From: Escherichia phage D5505 | Reading direction: 5' to 3' (one strand) | Length of the DNA: 64,000 bases | Sequence record: MK327929.1 | Shown: one piece after another, positions 10,680 to 19,090 of the stretch | Layout of the letters: every line of letters begins with the position of its first letter | Position numbering within the stretch: position 1 is the stretch's first letter | Program-made: the position numbers and the translations under genes | The notes under the pieces: model-generated | Database searches by the model: none | Told to the model about the DNA's origin: nothing | Seen by the model: the letters and a program-made list of their open reading frames with translations, nothing else

Positions 10680-11426
10680 TTATCCTCGGATAAGTTTAAA
10701 AATTGAACAATTTAGCGGGTATCCTCTTTTCAGTTTAAGTTTATCAATAAAAGACAAATTTTGATACCGCTCTACACCTTGAATAATTTTATCACACATA
10801 TCATATTGCATTTCTGCTTCTGACAGCTTTTTCACAATTTTCCAATCCGAGCCTTTAAGAAGAACGTTCAATTTAACAACTTCAGCGCCTTCTGCTATGC
10901 GAGAACCATCAATACGTGCTTTAAGTGCTATAATCCTTAGCTTAATGTCAGAGGTCTGTTTTGATTTAGAAAGCTGAGAAATGTGTTCAATTCGGTTTTC
11001 ACGTTTTTTCTGTATAGCTTTAATTTGATTATAAGTCTTTTTGATTTTAGCCCATTTCTTTTCATCTAAATTTAGTTTATGAACTTTTTTCGCAGATGAA
11101 CGACCAATTCGCAAAGCAAATAAATCACGCTTTTCAATCAACTCTTCTAAAGTATAATCAGAACGAAATGTATTATACTTTTTCTTTACTGCAATAACAT
11201 TCCCTTTAATGTATCCAACGTTATTATCAAAACGTTCTAATGATAATTTCTCTCCTTCAATACGATTATCAAAAGGTTCTCCCGAGTAAGCACAAACTTT
11301 TTGATCTAAAATGTTCTTAATGTAATTGAAGTCTAAGTTAAAATCTTTAGAACGTCTTTTTGCAGATGCCTGAGTATGCTCTAGACGACGTTTAATTTTA
11401 CGAATTTGGTTATTAGACAGCTTCAT
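10680..11426 (-). CDS. Srd-like protein by synteny
   Basis: 248-aa basic ORF between dda.1 and modA positions; T4 Srd about 250 aa; identity not confirmed. Confidence 0.5.
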   Translation of the reverse strand: MKLSNNQIRKIKRRLEHTQASAKRRSKDFNLDFNYIKNILDQKVCAYSGEPFDNRIEGEKLSLERFDNNVGYIKGNVIAVKKKYNTFRSDYTLEELIEKRDLFALRIGRSSAKKVHKLNLDEKKWAKIKKTYNQIKAIQKKRENRIEHISQLSKSKQTSDIKLRIIALKARIDGSRIAEGAEVVKLNVLLKGSDWKIVKKLSEAEMQYDMCDKIIQGVERYQNLSFIDKLKLKRGYPLNCSIFKLIRG

Positions 11427-11462
11427 ATTTTTCTCACATCTTACGGACGGTTAACTACTTAT

Positions 11463-11492
11463 ACTATAACATTTTTACCTTAACTTGTAAAC
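11463..11492 (-). promoter_or_regulatory. T4-early-type promoter (GTTTAC..18..TATAGT)
   Basis: minus-strand motif upstream of the srd-position ORF. Confidence 0.45.
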
Positions 11493-11548
11493 AACTTTAT
11501 GAAAAATGCTTTAAAACTTTCATGGTATAATGAATCTAAGTCCTTCCA

Positions 11549-12151
11549 TTATAGATTAAATCCTTCAAAATCAAGAGTATAGATAGTGTATGTTGAATAC
11601 TTTTTATACTCGTATCTATCCGCAATTCTAAATACACTTCCAGCTGGTATCATTACTTCTTGTTCATCTGAAACTAATTCCATATTACGATAGCGATGGC
11701 TATCCGGAAACTTAAAACTCGGACTATATTCTTTACAACGTAAAGCTTTTATAGCATACTCCTGGAAATTAAACACCATAGGAGCTTTGAATTCAAAAAT
11801 AACTTGTGTGTTGTATTCTAATCCAGAAGCAAAATGTAGAGCTATATTTTTATCATATGAAGCTGATACTACTTTATCAAATGTAATAATATCAATTCCT
11901 TGATTTAACACCTGTTTAGTCTCAACTGGAACACCTCTCCAAAGAGGTTTATCGTTTGGAACCAAACGAGATTTGACTATTTCATTTAACCAAGAATGAT
12001 CGTCTGGTTTATTAGTAATACAATGAATTAAAAGTTCAATTTCAGATAAATTAAATCCTTCGGAAAGTAATTCTTCACGAATAGAAGCACGCACAGATGC
12101 ATCCATTGATTTGATTTTAAAATCTTTTAATTGCATTGCTGAATATTTCAT
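11549..12151 (-). CDS. modA: ADP-ribosyltransferase ModA
   Basis: 200-aa ORF, same length as T4 ModA, syntenic with modB. Confidence 0.8.
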   Translation of the reverse strand: MKYSAMQLKDFKIKSMDASVRASIREELLSEGFNLSEIELLIHCITNKPDDHSWLNEIVKSRLVPNDKPLWRGVPVETKQVLNQGIDIITFDKVVSASYDKNIALHFASGLEYNTQVIFEFKAPMVFNFQEYAIKALRCKEYSPSFKFPDSHRYRNMELVSDEQEVMIPAGSVFRIADRYEYKKYSTYTIYTLDFEGFNL

Positions 12152-12771
12152 TCAACTACCTCAATATCATACACTTTAAATGTTCCAAATGAATCGTGTA
12201 ATTTTTCTTTTGAAATAGAAGTTATTTTATACTTTCCAATTGGAATCATCCATTCTTGTTCACGTACAATCATCATTAAGTTATCAGTACGTTCTGAATC
12301 TAATCCATCAGTATCTTCATATGTATACTTAAATTCAGTATTAGGAGAAGAAAGTATAATATCGCTGATATGGTCAGAATAATTAAAAGCTTTATCAGTT
12401 TTTAAGCGAAATATTATTTCAGTGAAATACTCAACATAAGAAAAACCACATGCTGTGTGCAAACTAGTAGTAAATGAATCTACTCTGTTCGTTGAAAACA
12501 CTTCTCCAACTTGTAAATCTTTAATGAGTTCTTTTGTCGATTTTGATATACCACGATATAGCTGATAAGGCGATTTAGTTAAATGCTTTTTAACGATTTT
12601 ATTCAACTGCCGATGAAGAGCTTCATTCTTTTTGGCTTCCATACACTGCCAAAGAACTGACTGTTCAAAGTCAGTAAATTTTTCACAGACCTTTTTGTAC
12701 ATATCATATTGAAAATCGACACTTTCAGCTTTTATAGATAACTGTTCAACATCTGCGAGATTAATAATCAT
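12148..12771 (-). CDS. modB: ADP-ribosyltransferase ModB (start reassigned to second ATG, 207 aa)
   Basis: ATGGAGGCTATCATG: GGAGG SD serves the second ATG, giving 207 aa as in T4 ModB; first ATG sits at the transcript start. Confidence 0.75.
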   Translation of the reverse strand: MIINLADVEQLSIKAESVDFQYDMYKKVCEKFTDFEQSVLWQCMEAKKNEALHRQLNKIVKKHLTKSPYQLYRGISKSTKELIKDLQVGEVFSTNRVDSFTTSLHTACGFSYVEYFTEIIFRLKTDKAFNYSDHISDIILSSPNTEFKYTYEDTDGLDSERTDNLMMIVREQEWMIPIGKYKITSISKEKLHDSFGTFKVYDIEVVE

Positions 12772-12797
12772 GATAGCCTCCATATACTTCAGAAGCT

Positions 12798-12827
12798 ATC
12801 ATATCATTGTTAGGAAGGAAAGTAAAC
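12798..12827 (-). promoter_or_regulatory. T4-early-type promoter (GTTTAC..18..TATGAT)
   Basis: minus-strand motif immediately upstream of modB. Confidence 0.45.
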
Positions 12828-12838
12828 AACTTTTTGAA

Positions 12839-13021
12839 TTATTTTGCCCAGGGAGCCCAAGGCGGAGGGTCAAGATGGTATGAAGCTAGTTCTTCTAGAA
12901 GAGCATCTGGGGCTTCAATTCCATAATTCTGTAATACTATACGGTACTCTTTCTTATAATCACTAGAATCATTCTGGATATTCGTAGAATGATTATCTTC
13001 TAACATCTCAAATAAATCCAT
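12839..13021 (-). CDS. hypothetical small protein
   Basis: 60-aa ORF. Confidence 0.4.
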   Translation of the reverse strand: MDLFEMLEDNHSTNIQNDSSDYKKEYRIVLQNYGIEAPDALLEELASYHLDPPPWAPWAK

Positions 13022-13029
13022 ATTAATTC

Positions 13030-13512
13030 CTAGCGATAAAAACCAAAATAACGATTAGCTTCAATAATCTTTCTTTCTTCTTCAGACATTCTCCAGCGTA
13101 GTCCAACATCAAAATGAGCCCAGACCATCTTAACAAATGCATTTATATCTTTAATATCTTCAATAATGAATGTTTTACTTTTAGAAGGTTGACCTGCTAA
13201 ATTAAGTGCTAATTTAACTTTATCGTCTTCAAACAGGGCAAAAAGACCATATTCATGAGCTCTTTTATAGCCTTTAATAGTTAAAGCTTCAGAAGAAGAA
13301 AACGGTGAATCAGTATTCTGTAAAATATCTTCAGTATGCTTTATAATTAGAATAACATTTTCTGGATATTTTCTTTCTTTTATATCTTTAATTAAAAGAT
13401 CCGGATTTTCTGCTAAAGGAATAATTAATGAGCATTTTTTATCAAGTGCATTTACTGATTTACCTTCTTTAGACATAAATTCTATTGAATAATGTTTTGC
13501 TACTTCAATCAT
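13030..13512 (-). CDS. hypothetical protein
   Basis: 160-aa ORF in the modB-soc interval. Confidence 0.5.
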   Translation of the reverse strand: MIEVAKHYSIEFMSKEGKSVNALDKKCSLIIPLAENPDLLIKDIKERKYPENVILIIKHTEDILQNTDSPFSSSEALTIKGYKRAHEYGLFALFEDDKVKLALNLAGQPSKSKTFIIEDIKDINAFVKMVWAHFDVGLRWRMSEEERKIIEANRYFGFYR

Positions 13513-13665
13513 GCGATTTCCTCTTGCCTACTAATGGACCGTCAGGAATTTTGTTTTCCTGGATATATTTCTCATTTTCTTCCATCATTTTACTGCCAAT
13601 TTTAAGAAGCAAATCCATTGCTTCATTTGCTTTAGCTTTAGCCTCTTCTAATATCATATCTCTGT

Positions 13666-13869
13666 TCACGATTTATCCCCATAGATGTCTCTCATTAATT
13701 TAAGCGCTGAGCGTTCTAATTTCTTTTCTTTCTCAGCACTAATCATTGATTTCATCCATTCTTCCGATTCGTTCTGCATTTCTTTATTTGCTTGTTCAAC
13801 CCAACCATCATCAATATACATCGAGTTTGGTCTATTGAACCATTCAAGCATCTTCTTCAGAGCTTTCAT
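13666..13869 (-). CDS. hypothetical small protein
   Basis: 67-aa ORF. Confidence 0.4.
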   Translation of the reverse strand: MKALKKMLEWFNRPNSMYIDDGWVEQANKEMQNESEEWMKSMISAEKEKKLERSALKLMRDIYGDKS

Positions 13870-14341
13870 TTGTTTTACCTAAAACAACAGTAGGAGCATC
13901 ATCAAATTCATGAATTTTTAGCAAATTTGGATGTAAACTATTCCATACAGAAGAAATAAAGTATGATAACGCATCTTCACTTGCAATTATAAATTTATTT
14001 CCTTTATCTATTTTCCAACTATATAGTGAATCGTACGAATAAAAAGATAAAGGCTTATCATTATATTGTTCTGCGCTAACATTAATGTATTCGGATTTAG
14101 TAAATGCTTCAATTGCTCTAAATGGAATATTTGGTACAGTTTCAATAATACCAATCTTTTTAAGTTTTATTTCAGCATCTTCTGGAACTGGCATTGAAAC
14201 GAAATTTTCTACGAGATACATTGGGTCACAATAACCCTTATCAATCATTACTGCTACGGTAATTGGAACGTCTTTAGCAAACGACATACTATTACTGCTA
14301 ATATACATTTCAAACAAAATCGCTTCCATAATTTTCCTCAA
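13844..14341 (-). CDS. hypothetical protein
   Basis: 165-aa ORF. Confidence 0.5.
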   Translation of the reverse strand: MRKIMEAILFEMYISSNSMSFAKDVPITVAVMIDKGYCDPMYLVENFVSMPVPEDAEIKLKKIGIIETVPNIPFRAIEAFTKSEYINVSAEQYNDKPLSFYSYDSLYSWKIDKGNKFIIASEDALSYFISSVWNSLHPNLLKIHEFDDAPTVVLGKTNESSEEDA

Positions 14342-14676
14342 TCACAAGATGTAGATGAACAACTAGAATCACAAGAACTTCCACATGAATCGCCCGTCCA
14401 TACATGAACAGGAACATTAGTGTCATATGAATCAGAACTAGACTGTGTATTCTGCGTATTAGATGATGTAGGTGTTGACCAACGCCAAGGATTTTTATAA
14501 TATTCCTGGGCTTCTTCATAAGTCATAGTAACCGCTTCTACTGTTCCATCTCCCATATAAACATATTCAACTACAGTTAAAGGAAGGTAGTCATTTGAAA
14601 TAGGAACTACACCTTCTCCGGGAGTTGTAGAGAAAAAATCCGTAAAGAAACTTTTAAACCAATTAAAGATAAACAT
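14338..14676 (-). CDS. hypothetical protein with Cys/Ser-rich C-terminal tail
   Basis: 112-aa ORF ending [17 protein letters not shown]. Confidence 0.5.
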   Translation of the reverse strand: MFIFNWFKSFFTDFFSTTPGEGVVPISNDYLPLTVVEYVYMGDGTVEAVTMTYEEAQEYYKNPWRWSTPTSSNTQNTQSSSDSYDTNVPVHVWTGDSCGSSCDSSCSSTSCD

Positions 14677-14882
14677 TACAAAAAGCCTCTTTTGAATTCA
14701 ACTTGCTTCTCGCCATAATCATATCGAATCTCTGCATTAAATTCAACAGAACCATCTGCGTACATCATAAATGAATGCACAACAACTTCTGTAGACCATG
14801 GCTGTAGTTCATATTTCTTCATTACATGCCGTGAAATGATAATATCTAAATCTTCATTTGGTTTAATCCAGCGATTTAACAT
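14676..14882 (-). CDS. hypothetical small protein
   Basis: 68-aa ORF with AGGAG SD, directly downstream of promoter 14909-14938. Confidence 0.5.
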   Translation of the reverse strand: MLNRWIKPNEDLDIIISRHVMKKYELQPWSTEVVVHSFMMYADGSVEFNAEIRYDYGEKQVEFKRGFL

Positions 14883-14908
14883 AGTGCTCTCCTCTATAAG
14901 ATAATTCT

Positions 14909-14938
14909 ATTATACCATACTCATTTTGGAAAGTAAAC
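14909..14938 (-). promoter_or_regulatory. T4-early-type promoter (GTTTAC..18..TATAAT)
   Basis: minus-strand motif immediately after the soc terminator. Confidence 0.55.
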
Positions 14939-14948
14939 CGGTAAAATG

Positions 14949-14972
14949 AAAAAAGGACTCCCGAAGGAGTCC
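14949..14972 (-). terminator. rho-independent terminator downstream of soc (ggactcc-UUCG-ggagtcc plus T-run)
   Basis: 9-bp GC stem, UUCG tetraloop on minus strand, followed by TTTTTTC. Confidence 0.75.
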
Positions 14973-14980
14973 TTGAATTA

Positions 14981-15217
14981 TTAACCACCTATTTCTGTAG
15001 GCGTAAACATTGCAGCATTCTTAGTTTTCCAAGTTGTTGCATCGGAAACTACATCAGAATAAGCTGCTTTTTCTGACGGAAAGATTTGATAATGAGAATC
15101 TGCAATACGGTGTTCATTTGAATATACATCAAATGCTACAGAAACTTCCATACCTTTAACTTCTTTGCCTTCACCTGCTGGATGAGTAAAGGTCTTGATG
15201 TTAACGAAACCACCCAT
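14981..15217 (-). CDS. soc: small outer capsid protein Soc
   Basis: 78-aa ORF recognisable as Soc (VNIKTF...AHYQxFPSEKAAYS); late promoter upstream. Confidence 0.85.
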   Translation of the reverse strand: MGGFVNIKTFTHPAGEGKEVKGMEVSVAFDVYSNEHRIADSHYQIFPSEKAAYSDVVSDATTWKTKNAAMFTPTEIGG

Positions 15218-15248
15218 AATAAACTCCTTTATTGTTTAATTACAGGTG

Positions 15249-15256
15249 TATTTATA
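15249..15256 (-). promoter_or_regulatory. T4 late promoter TATAAATA (gp55-dependent) for soc
   Basis: exact TATAAATA on minus strand about 32 nt upstream of soc ATG, AAGGAG SD in between. Confidence 0.6.
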
Positions 15257-15426
15257 TCAGTCTTCAATGAAAACTTGTGCCAGGAATTCGTGTTCATCTT
15301 GAATTTGTTTATATAAAGCCATTACAGCATTTATATTAGAGCTATCTACTTTAAGTTGATAGGCATACCACTCGTATAAATTAATTAAAGCTTTTTGTCG
15401 TCTAATAAATTCTTCTTTGGATATTT

Positions 15427-15627
15427 TCATTTTGAATGCTCTATAATTAATTTTAAGGCTTCTTTACTGACAAAAATTTCATCAAGACCTTCTTCTACAC
15501 CCCAATCAACTACACGAAGCTGATTAGATAAGAGCTCGTATGTGAGCTCCTTGTCATAATTTTTAAATAGCTGGTCAATACGTTTCTTGTGGGCTTTCTT
15601 AAGCTGGCGTTTATTTAAACGAGCCAT
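15427..15627 (-). CDS. hypothetical small protein
   Basis: 66-aa basic ORF between 56 and soc; this is where T4 carries segF. Confidence 0.45.
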   Translation of the reverse strand: MARLNKRQLKKAHKKRIDQLFKNYDKELTYELLSNQLRVVDWGVEEGLDEIFVSKEALKLIIEHSK

Positions 15628-16145
15628 TAATAACCTCGGTCTTGACGAGCGAAGTTTTCAGCATTTTTCAGATAATAAAGTTTAAAGATTTCTTCAGCCG
15701 TAAGACCGAGGCCTTGGAACATGTTCAGAACGAAATGAAGAATATCAATCATTTCGAATTTAATTTCCAACTGGTCTTGTGGAGACAAATCAGTAATCAG
15801 AGTTTCACGTCGTTCACCATGTTGAGCTTTCCAAGGCTTCCATACAGCAGATGCATCTTTTTCACCATTGCTCATACCACCAAGAGAAGTCAATAGTTCG
15901 CGGAATTCATCATCAATATAATCTTTCTGATTACGCAGCCAATCAACAACTTCACCCGCAGTAGCCAAATCATCAGGATGACGGTTATATTCAGGTTTAT
16001 CTTTAGCTAAACGAACCTGCAGAGATTTCTGCATATCAAGCATAACTTGCAACGGGTCTTTTTCATCACCGAGAATATCCCAGTATTCATTTTGAGCTTT
16101 ATCAGCGCCTTCAATCAGTTGTGAACATTCATTAAAGTATGCCAT
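15627..16145 (-). CDS. 56: dCTPase/dUTPase gp56 (start at internal ATG, 171 aa)
   Basis: sequence from MAYFNECSQLIEG recognisable as T4 gp56; ORF-track N-terminal extension rejected; AGGAAA SD before ATG 16143-16145. Confidence 0.85.
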   Translation of the reverse strand: MAYFNECSQLIEGADKAQNEYWDILGDEKDPLQVMLDMQKSLQVRLAKDKPEYNRHPDDLATAGEVVDWLRNQKDYIDDEFRELLTSLGGMSNGEKDASAVWKPWKAQHGERRETLITDLSPQDQLEIKFEMIDILHFVLNMFQGLGLTAEEIFKLYYLKNAENFARQDRGY

Positions 16146-16179
16146 TATTTTTCCTTTCAATTCATGGGTTAGTAGATTA

Positions 16180-16203
16180 ATTATACAATAAATATATAAA
16201 GCA
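16180..16203 (-). promoter_or_regulatory. candidate MotA-dependent middle promoter for gene 56
   Basis: minus strand reads ttaTTGCTTTA, 11 nt, TATAAT; about 35 nt upstream of the 56 ATG. Confidence 0.45.
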
Positions 16204-16216
16204 ATAAGGAGGACAT

Positions 16217-16417
16217 ATGGTACAAAAATTAATGGCACTTGTTAATGCCATCAAAGGTAATAAAAAGCGTATAGCTTTTACTATTTCTGCTATGGTAGGA
16301 ATTTTACTCTGGAACTTTATTTTATCACCTGTTGCAATTGCACATGGTATTAATATTCCAGTAGTTACTCTTGATACATTCGTAGATTTAGCATTCGCTT
16401 TAGTTGGGTTAATTTAA
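16217..16417 (+). CDS. candidate plus-strand small hydrophobic protein (66 aa, two predicted TM segments)
   Basis: ATG preceded by AAGGAGG; sits in the 61-56 intergenic region, not antisense to a CDS except its last codons. Confidence 0.4.
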   Translation: MVQKLMALVNAIKGNKKRIAFTISAMVGILLWNFILSPVAIAHGINIPVVTLDTFVDLAFALVGLI

Positions 16418-17442
16418 ATCTTAGCATATTTAGATAACCGCATTTTAGCCATCAACCCCTGAGCAATATTATTTTTCATATATTCCATAATTTGTTCAGT
16501 GGTTGCACCTTCCTTTCTAATCATATCATTAACATCTTTTGATTTCCAGGGAGATTTATCCCAAAACATAACCCTTTCTCCTGCATCAACTAATTTAGTC
16601 ATTCGCTTAATAGTGTCAGGATGACGAGGTTCATTATCTAAAACCCACACACGTCTATCTTTAAATGGAACAACTTCTAGGTCTAATTGACCACCTGTAA
16701 TAGCTATACCATTTTCAATAAAAAGCGAATCTATAGGTCCTTCTAGAACATATACATCACCATCTTTGACTCGTTCGACTCCATAGATTTTTGTTGCCTC
16801 AGGATAAGCTTTGATGGTGATATATTTTTGAGGAGCATCTTTCTTTAATGCACGTCCTTGAAAAGACTCAGCTTTTCCGTTAGCATTATAAATTGGAATA
16901 ACAAGACGAGGCTCAGGTGTTTCCTTTTTATATGTTCCTGGAGCTATACTATTAACTAATTTAGGCCATTCAGTTGTAAACCAAAGATATTTCCATTTAT
17001 CCTTTGGAATACAACGAGCTTTTACATATTTTATAATTGGATGGTCTTCCGCCAATTTATCTAATCTGATGCATGACGGAAGAGATTTAATTATTTTCTT
17101 CTCAGGTTGTTTAGGAAGTTCTTTAGGTTTTTCTACTGGACGACTTTTACCTTTTTCTTTTCTTATTTCAAAGATATACTCACGATATAAATCAGGTTCA
17201 AACTCCTTTAAATATATTCCGATTGGTGCATGATAGTTACAGTTATAACAATGAATATTTCCTTCATTATTATCACCATAATACCATCCACGGGCTTTAT
17301 TTTGATCGGTTTTTGAATCTCCACAAACGGGACATCTAAACCGTAATTTAAAAGTTGAACTATTATTTACTTGTGCGAATTTAGGTAAATGAGCCAATGC
17401 ACGGTATGCAAACTCATTATCAATCCAAGGTATTGATGACAT
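16414..17442 (-). CDS. 61: DNA primase gp61
   Basis: 342-aa ORF, same length as T4 gp61; N-terminal zinc ribbon CPVCGDS...CYNC. Confidence 0.9.
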   Translation of the reverse strand: MSSIPWIDNEFAYRALAHLPKFAQVNNSSTFKLRFRCPVCGDSKTDQNKARGWYYGDNNEGNIHCYNCNYHAPIGIYLKEFEPDLYREYIFEIRKEKGKSRPVEKPKELPKQPEKKIIKSLPSCIRLDKLAEDHPIIKYVKARCIPKDKWKYLWFTTEWPKLVNSIAPGTYKKETPEPRLVIPIYNANGKAESFQGRALKKDAPQKYITIKAYPEATKIYGVERVKDGDVYVLEGPIDSLFIENGIAITGGQLDLEVVPFKDRRVWVLDNEPRHPDTIKRMTKLVDAGERVMFWDKSPWKSKDVNDMIRKEGATTEQIMEYMKNNIAQGLMAKMRLSKYAKI

Positions 17443-17444
17443 TT

Positions 17445-17610
17445 TTACTCTTCTTTTTCTTTAGATTCCTCTTTTTTCTTTTTAGGAATCTGTTCAGGAC
17501 CTTTATTTACTACAGCACCTGACGTTGTTCCAGTGGAGATATTTTCAGGATTACCACCTGAATCTCCAGCTACCATATCTTCTTTAATAAATTCTTTATA
17601 TGTTTTCATA
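17445..17610 (-). CDS. candidate small Lys/Glu-rich ORF (about 55 aa), absent from ORF track
   Basis: hand translation MKTYKEFIKEDMVAGDSGGNPENISTGTTSGAVVNKGPEQIPKKKKEESKEKEE; abuts primase start; coordinates approximate. Confidence 0.3.
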
Positions 17611-18237
17611 TTAACCTCTATTCATAAAAGCATTAAAAATTTGGTCATCAATAGAAACATCTACTTTAGACTGTTTTTCTGATGGTAATTCATATCCACA
17701 TATTACAATTTTGTGATCAATATCAAAATACACAGAAGCAATATGATTAATGATGTTTTCAGTAAAGTCTAAATCAACATCAATATCTTTTTGACCACAG
17801 CCCAAAGGATAAATAATGCGAGTAATTCGATTATCTTTAACAAAGATTCCACCGACATACTCTGTGCTTCGTTTAAAGTCTACACGCCAACGAAATGAAA
17901 AATATTCAGGCTCTTTATGAGCTCTGCTCATAGGACACAACGAGTAACTAGAATAAGAGATGTCAAATCCTACGCCTTCAATATGAGCCAAAGTATCATG
18001 ATTAAACCAATTATAATCGTACGCCAAATCCATTAGATTATAATATGTAAAAGGCACCGGATTAACGTCATTAATCACAAGCATGTAATTAGCAACTGCT
18101 ATAATTTCATTGTTTTTAACGAATACAAACCGTGATTGATGCGAATGACCTGGACCCGCGTTTTCACGATTAATGATATAACACTGGGCACCTTTATATT
18201 TGTATGTATCTTTGCACTTGTGCATTTGATAGAGCAT
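17611..18237 (-). CDS. hypothetical protein at T4 61.2 position
   Basis: 208-aa ORF; syntenic with the 61.x block between 41 and 61. Confidence 0.55.
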   Translation of the reverse strand: MLYQMHKCKDTYKYKGAQCYIINRENAGPGHSHQSRFVFVKNNEIIAVANYMLVINDVNPVPFTYYNLMDLAYDYNWFNHDTLAHIEGVGFDISYSSYSLCPMSRAHKEPEYFSFRWRVDFKRSTEYVGGIFVKDNRITRIIYPLGCGQKDIDVDLDFTENIINHIASVYFDIDHKIVICGYELPSEKQSKVDVSIDDQIFNAFMNRG

Positions 18238-18530
18238 TATTCACCTACCACTTCAGCGATGATATTTTTATTATTAAAGTTTTTATCGCAATACAGAACA
18301 TAATTATACTGCATTACACCACCAGATTTAAGTTGTTTTTGCACTTCAGCTTTCATTTCAGGACGATCACGTTCAACGATATTCATAATATCCGCTTCAA
18401 TTTGAATTTCAACTTCAGTCTGATCTGCAGTCATAGACCATTCGCACAAATCTTTGTCATAACCCGCCATAGCAGGCTGAGCAGCGCAAGAAGATAAAGC
18501 AAAAATTGCAGCAAAGATAAATTTTTTCAT
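18237..18530 (-). CDS. sp: Spackle-like periplasmic superinfection-exclusion protein
   Basis: 97-aa ORF with signal peptide MKKFIFAAIFALSSCAAQPAMA; length and position match T4 sp (61.3). Confidence 0.65.
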   Translation of the reverse strand: MKKFIFAAIFALSSCAAQPAMAGYDKDLCEWSMTADQTEVEIQIEADIMNIVERDRPEMKAEVQKQLKSGGVMQYNYVLYCDKNFNNKNIIAEVVGE

Positions 18531-18558
18531 GATAATCTCCTCAGTAGTTTATGTTTAT

Positions 18559-18588
18559 ATAGTATCTCAATTTCCAATAAAAGTAAAC
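18559..18588 (-). promoter_or_regulatory. T4-early-type promoter (GTTTAC..18..TACTAT)
   Basis: minus-strand motif upstream of sp; GAGGAG SD follows. Confidence 0.45.
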
Positions 18589-18590
18589 AG

Positions 18591-18890
18591 TTATTTTAAA
18601 ACTTCTGCATAATCACATGTTACAAACTGTTTCTCTAACTTGGCGATTTTACGAAAGTATCTTTTGCATTGACGAATCTGTCGCTTTGTAGGGCGCACAG
18701 CAAACTTAATAAATTCCACTCGACCAAATGGAGGGCTTTCTTCTGCCGGAATATCTAATACTAATTCCCACGTATCTGCAATAAGTGCTTTGAATTGAGT
18801 ATTTTTCCTGACATTATACGGAGTAGGTTTAAATAAAACGATATGCATATTATCCTCGGCAATCCACTTCACATACCTTCTTGTCATCAA
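18591..18890 (-). CDS. hypothetical protein at T4 61.4 position
   Basis: 99-aa ORF. Confidence 0.5.
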   Translation of the reverse strand: MMTRRYVKWIAEDNMHIVLFKPTPYNVRKNTQFKALIADTWELVLDIPAEESPPFGRVEFIKFAVRPTKRQIRQCKRYFRKIAKLEKQFVTCDYAEVLK

Positions 18891-19032
18891 TGAAAGCTTT
18901 AACTAGTGCTTTATTAACTTCAGCATATTGAGTAGTAGCCCATTGAACGTCATCTTTCATCATTGTGATCTCTTTAGTAAACATGCTTTCATTCTTAAAC
19001 CACCCCATAAAAACTACCTTTACCAATTCCAT
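18850..19032 (-). CDS. dmd: Dmd-like antitoxin (discriminator of mRNA degradation)
   Basis: 60-aa ORF immediately downstream of gene 41, matching T4 dmd (61.5) in length and position. Confidence 0.6.
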   Translation of the reverse strand: MELVKVVFMGWFKNESMFTKEITMMKDDVQWATTQYAEVNKALVKAFIDDKKVCEVDCRG

Positions 19033-19051
19033 AACAATCTCCTCATTTAAC

Positions 19052-19081
19052 CAACAAGACTACTATACCATAGTCTTGTCA
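19052..19081 (-). promoter_or_regulatory. T4-early-type promoter (GTTTAC..18..TATAGT) overlapping a 9-bp inverted repeat
   Basis: minus strand GTTTACaagctgacaagactatggTATAGTagtcttgt; acaagacta/tagtcttgt arms flank the -10. Confidence 0.45.
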
Positions 19082-19090
19082 GCTTGTAAA

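Noticed and set aside
10680-11426. Srd-position ORF considered as an HNH homing endonuclease because of a CxxxG...N...N stretch
   Set aside because: The motif does not fit an HNH or GIY-YIG signature on closer reading; size and position fit Srd instead.
15627-16238. 203-aa version of the gene 56 ORF with a hydrophobic N-terminal extension
   Set aside because: Recognisable gp56 sequence begins at the internal ATG (MAYFNECSQ...) with its own SD; the extension runs through the promoter region.
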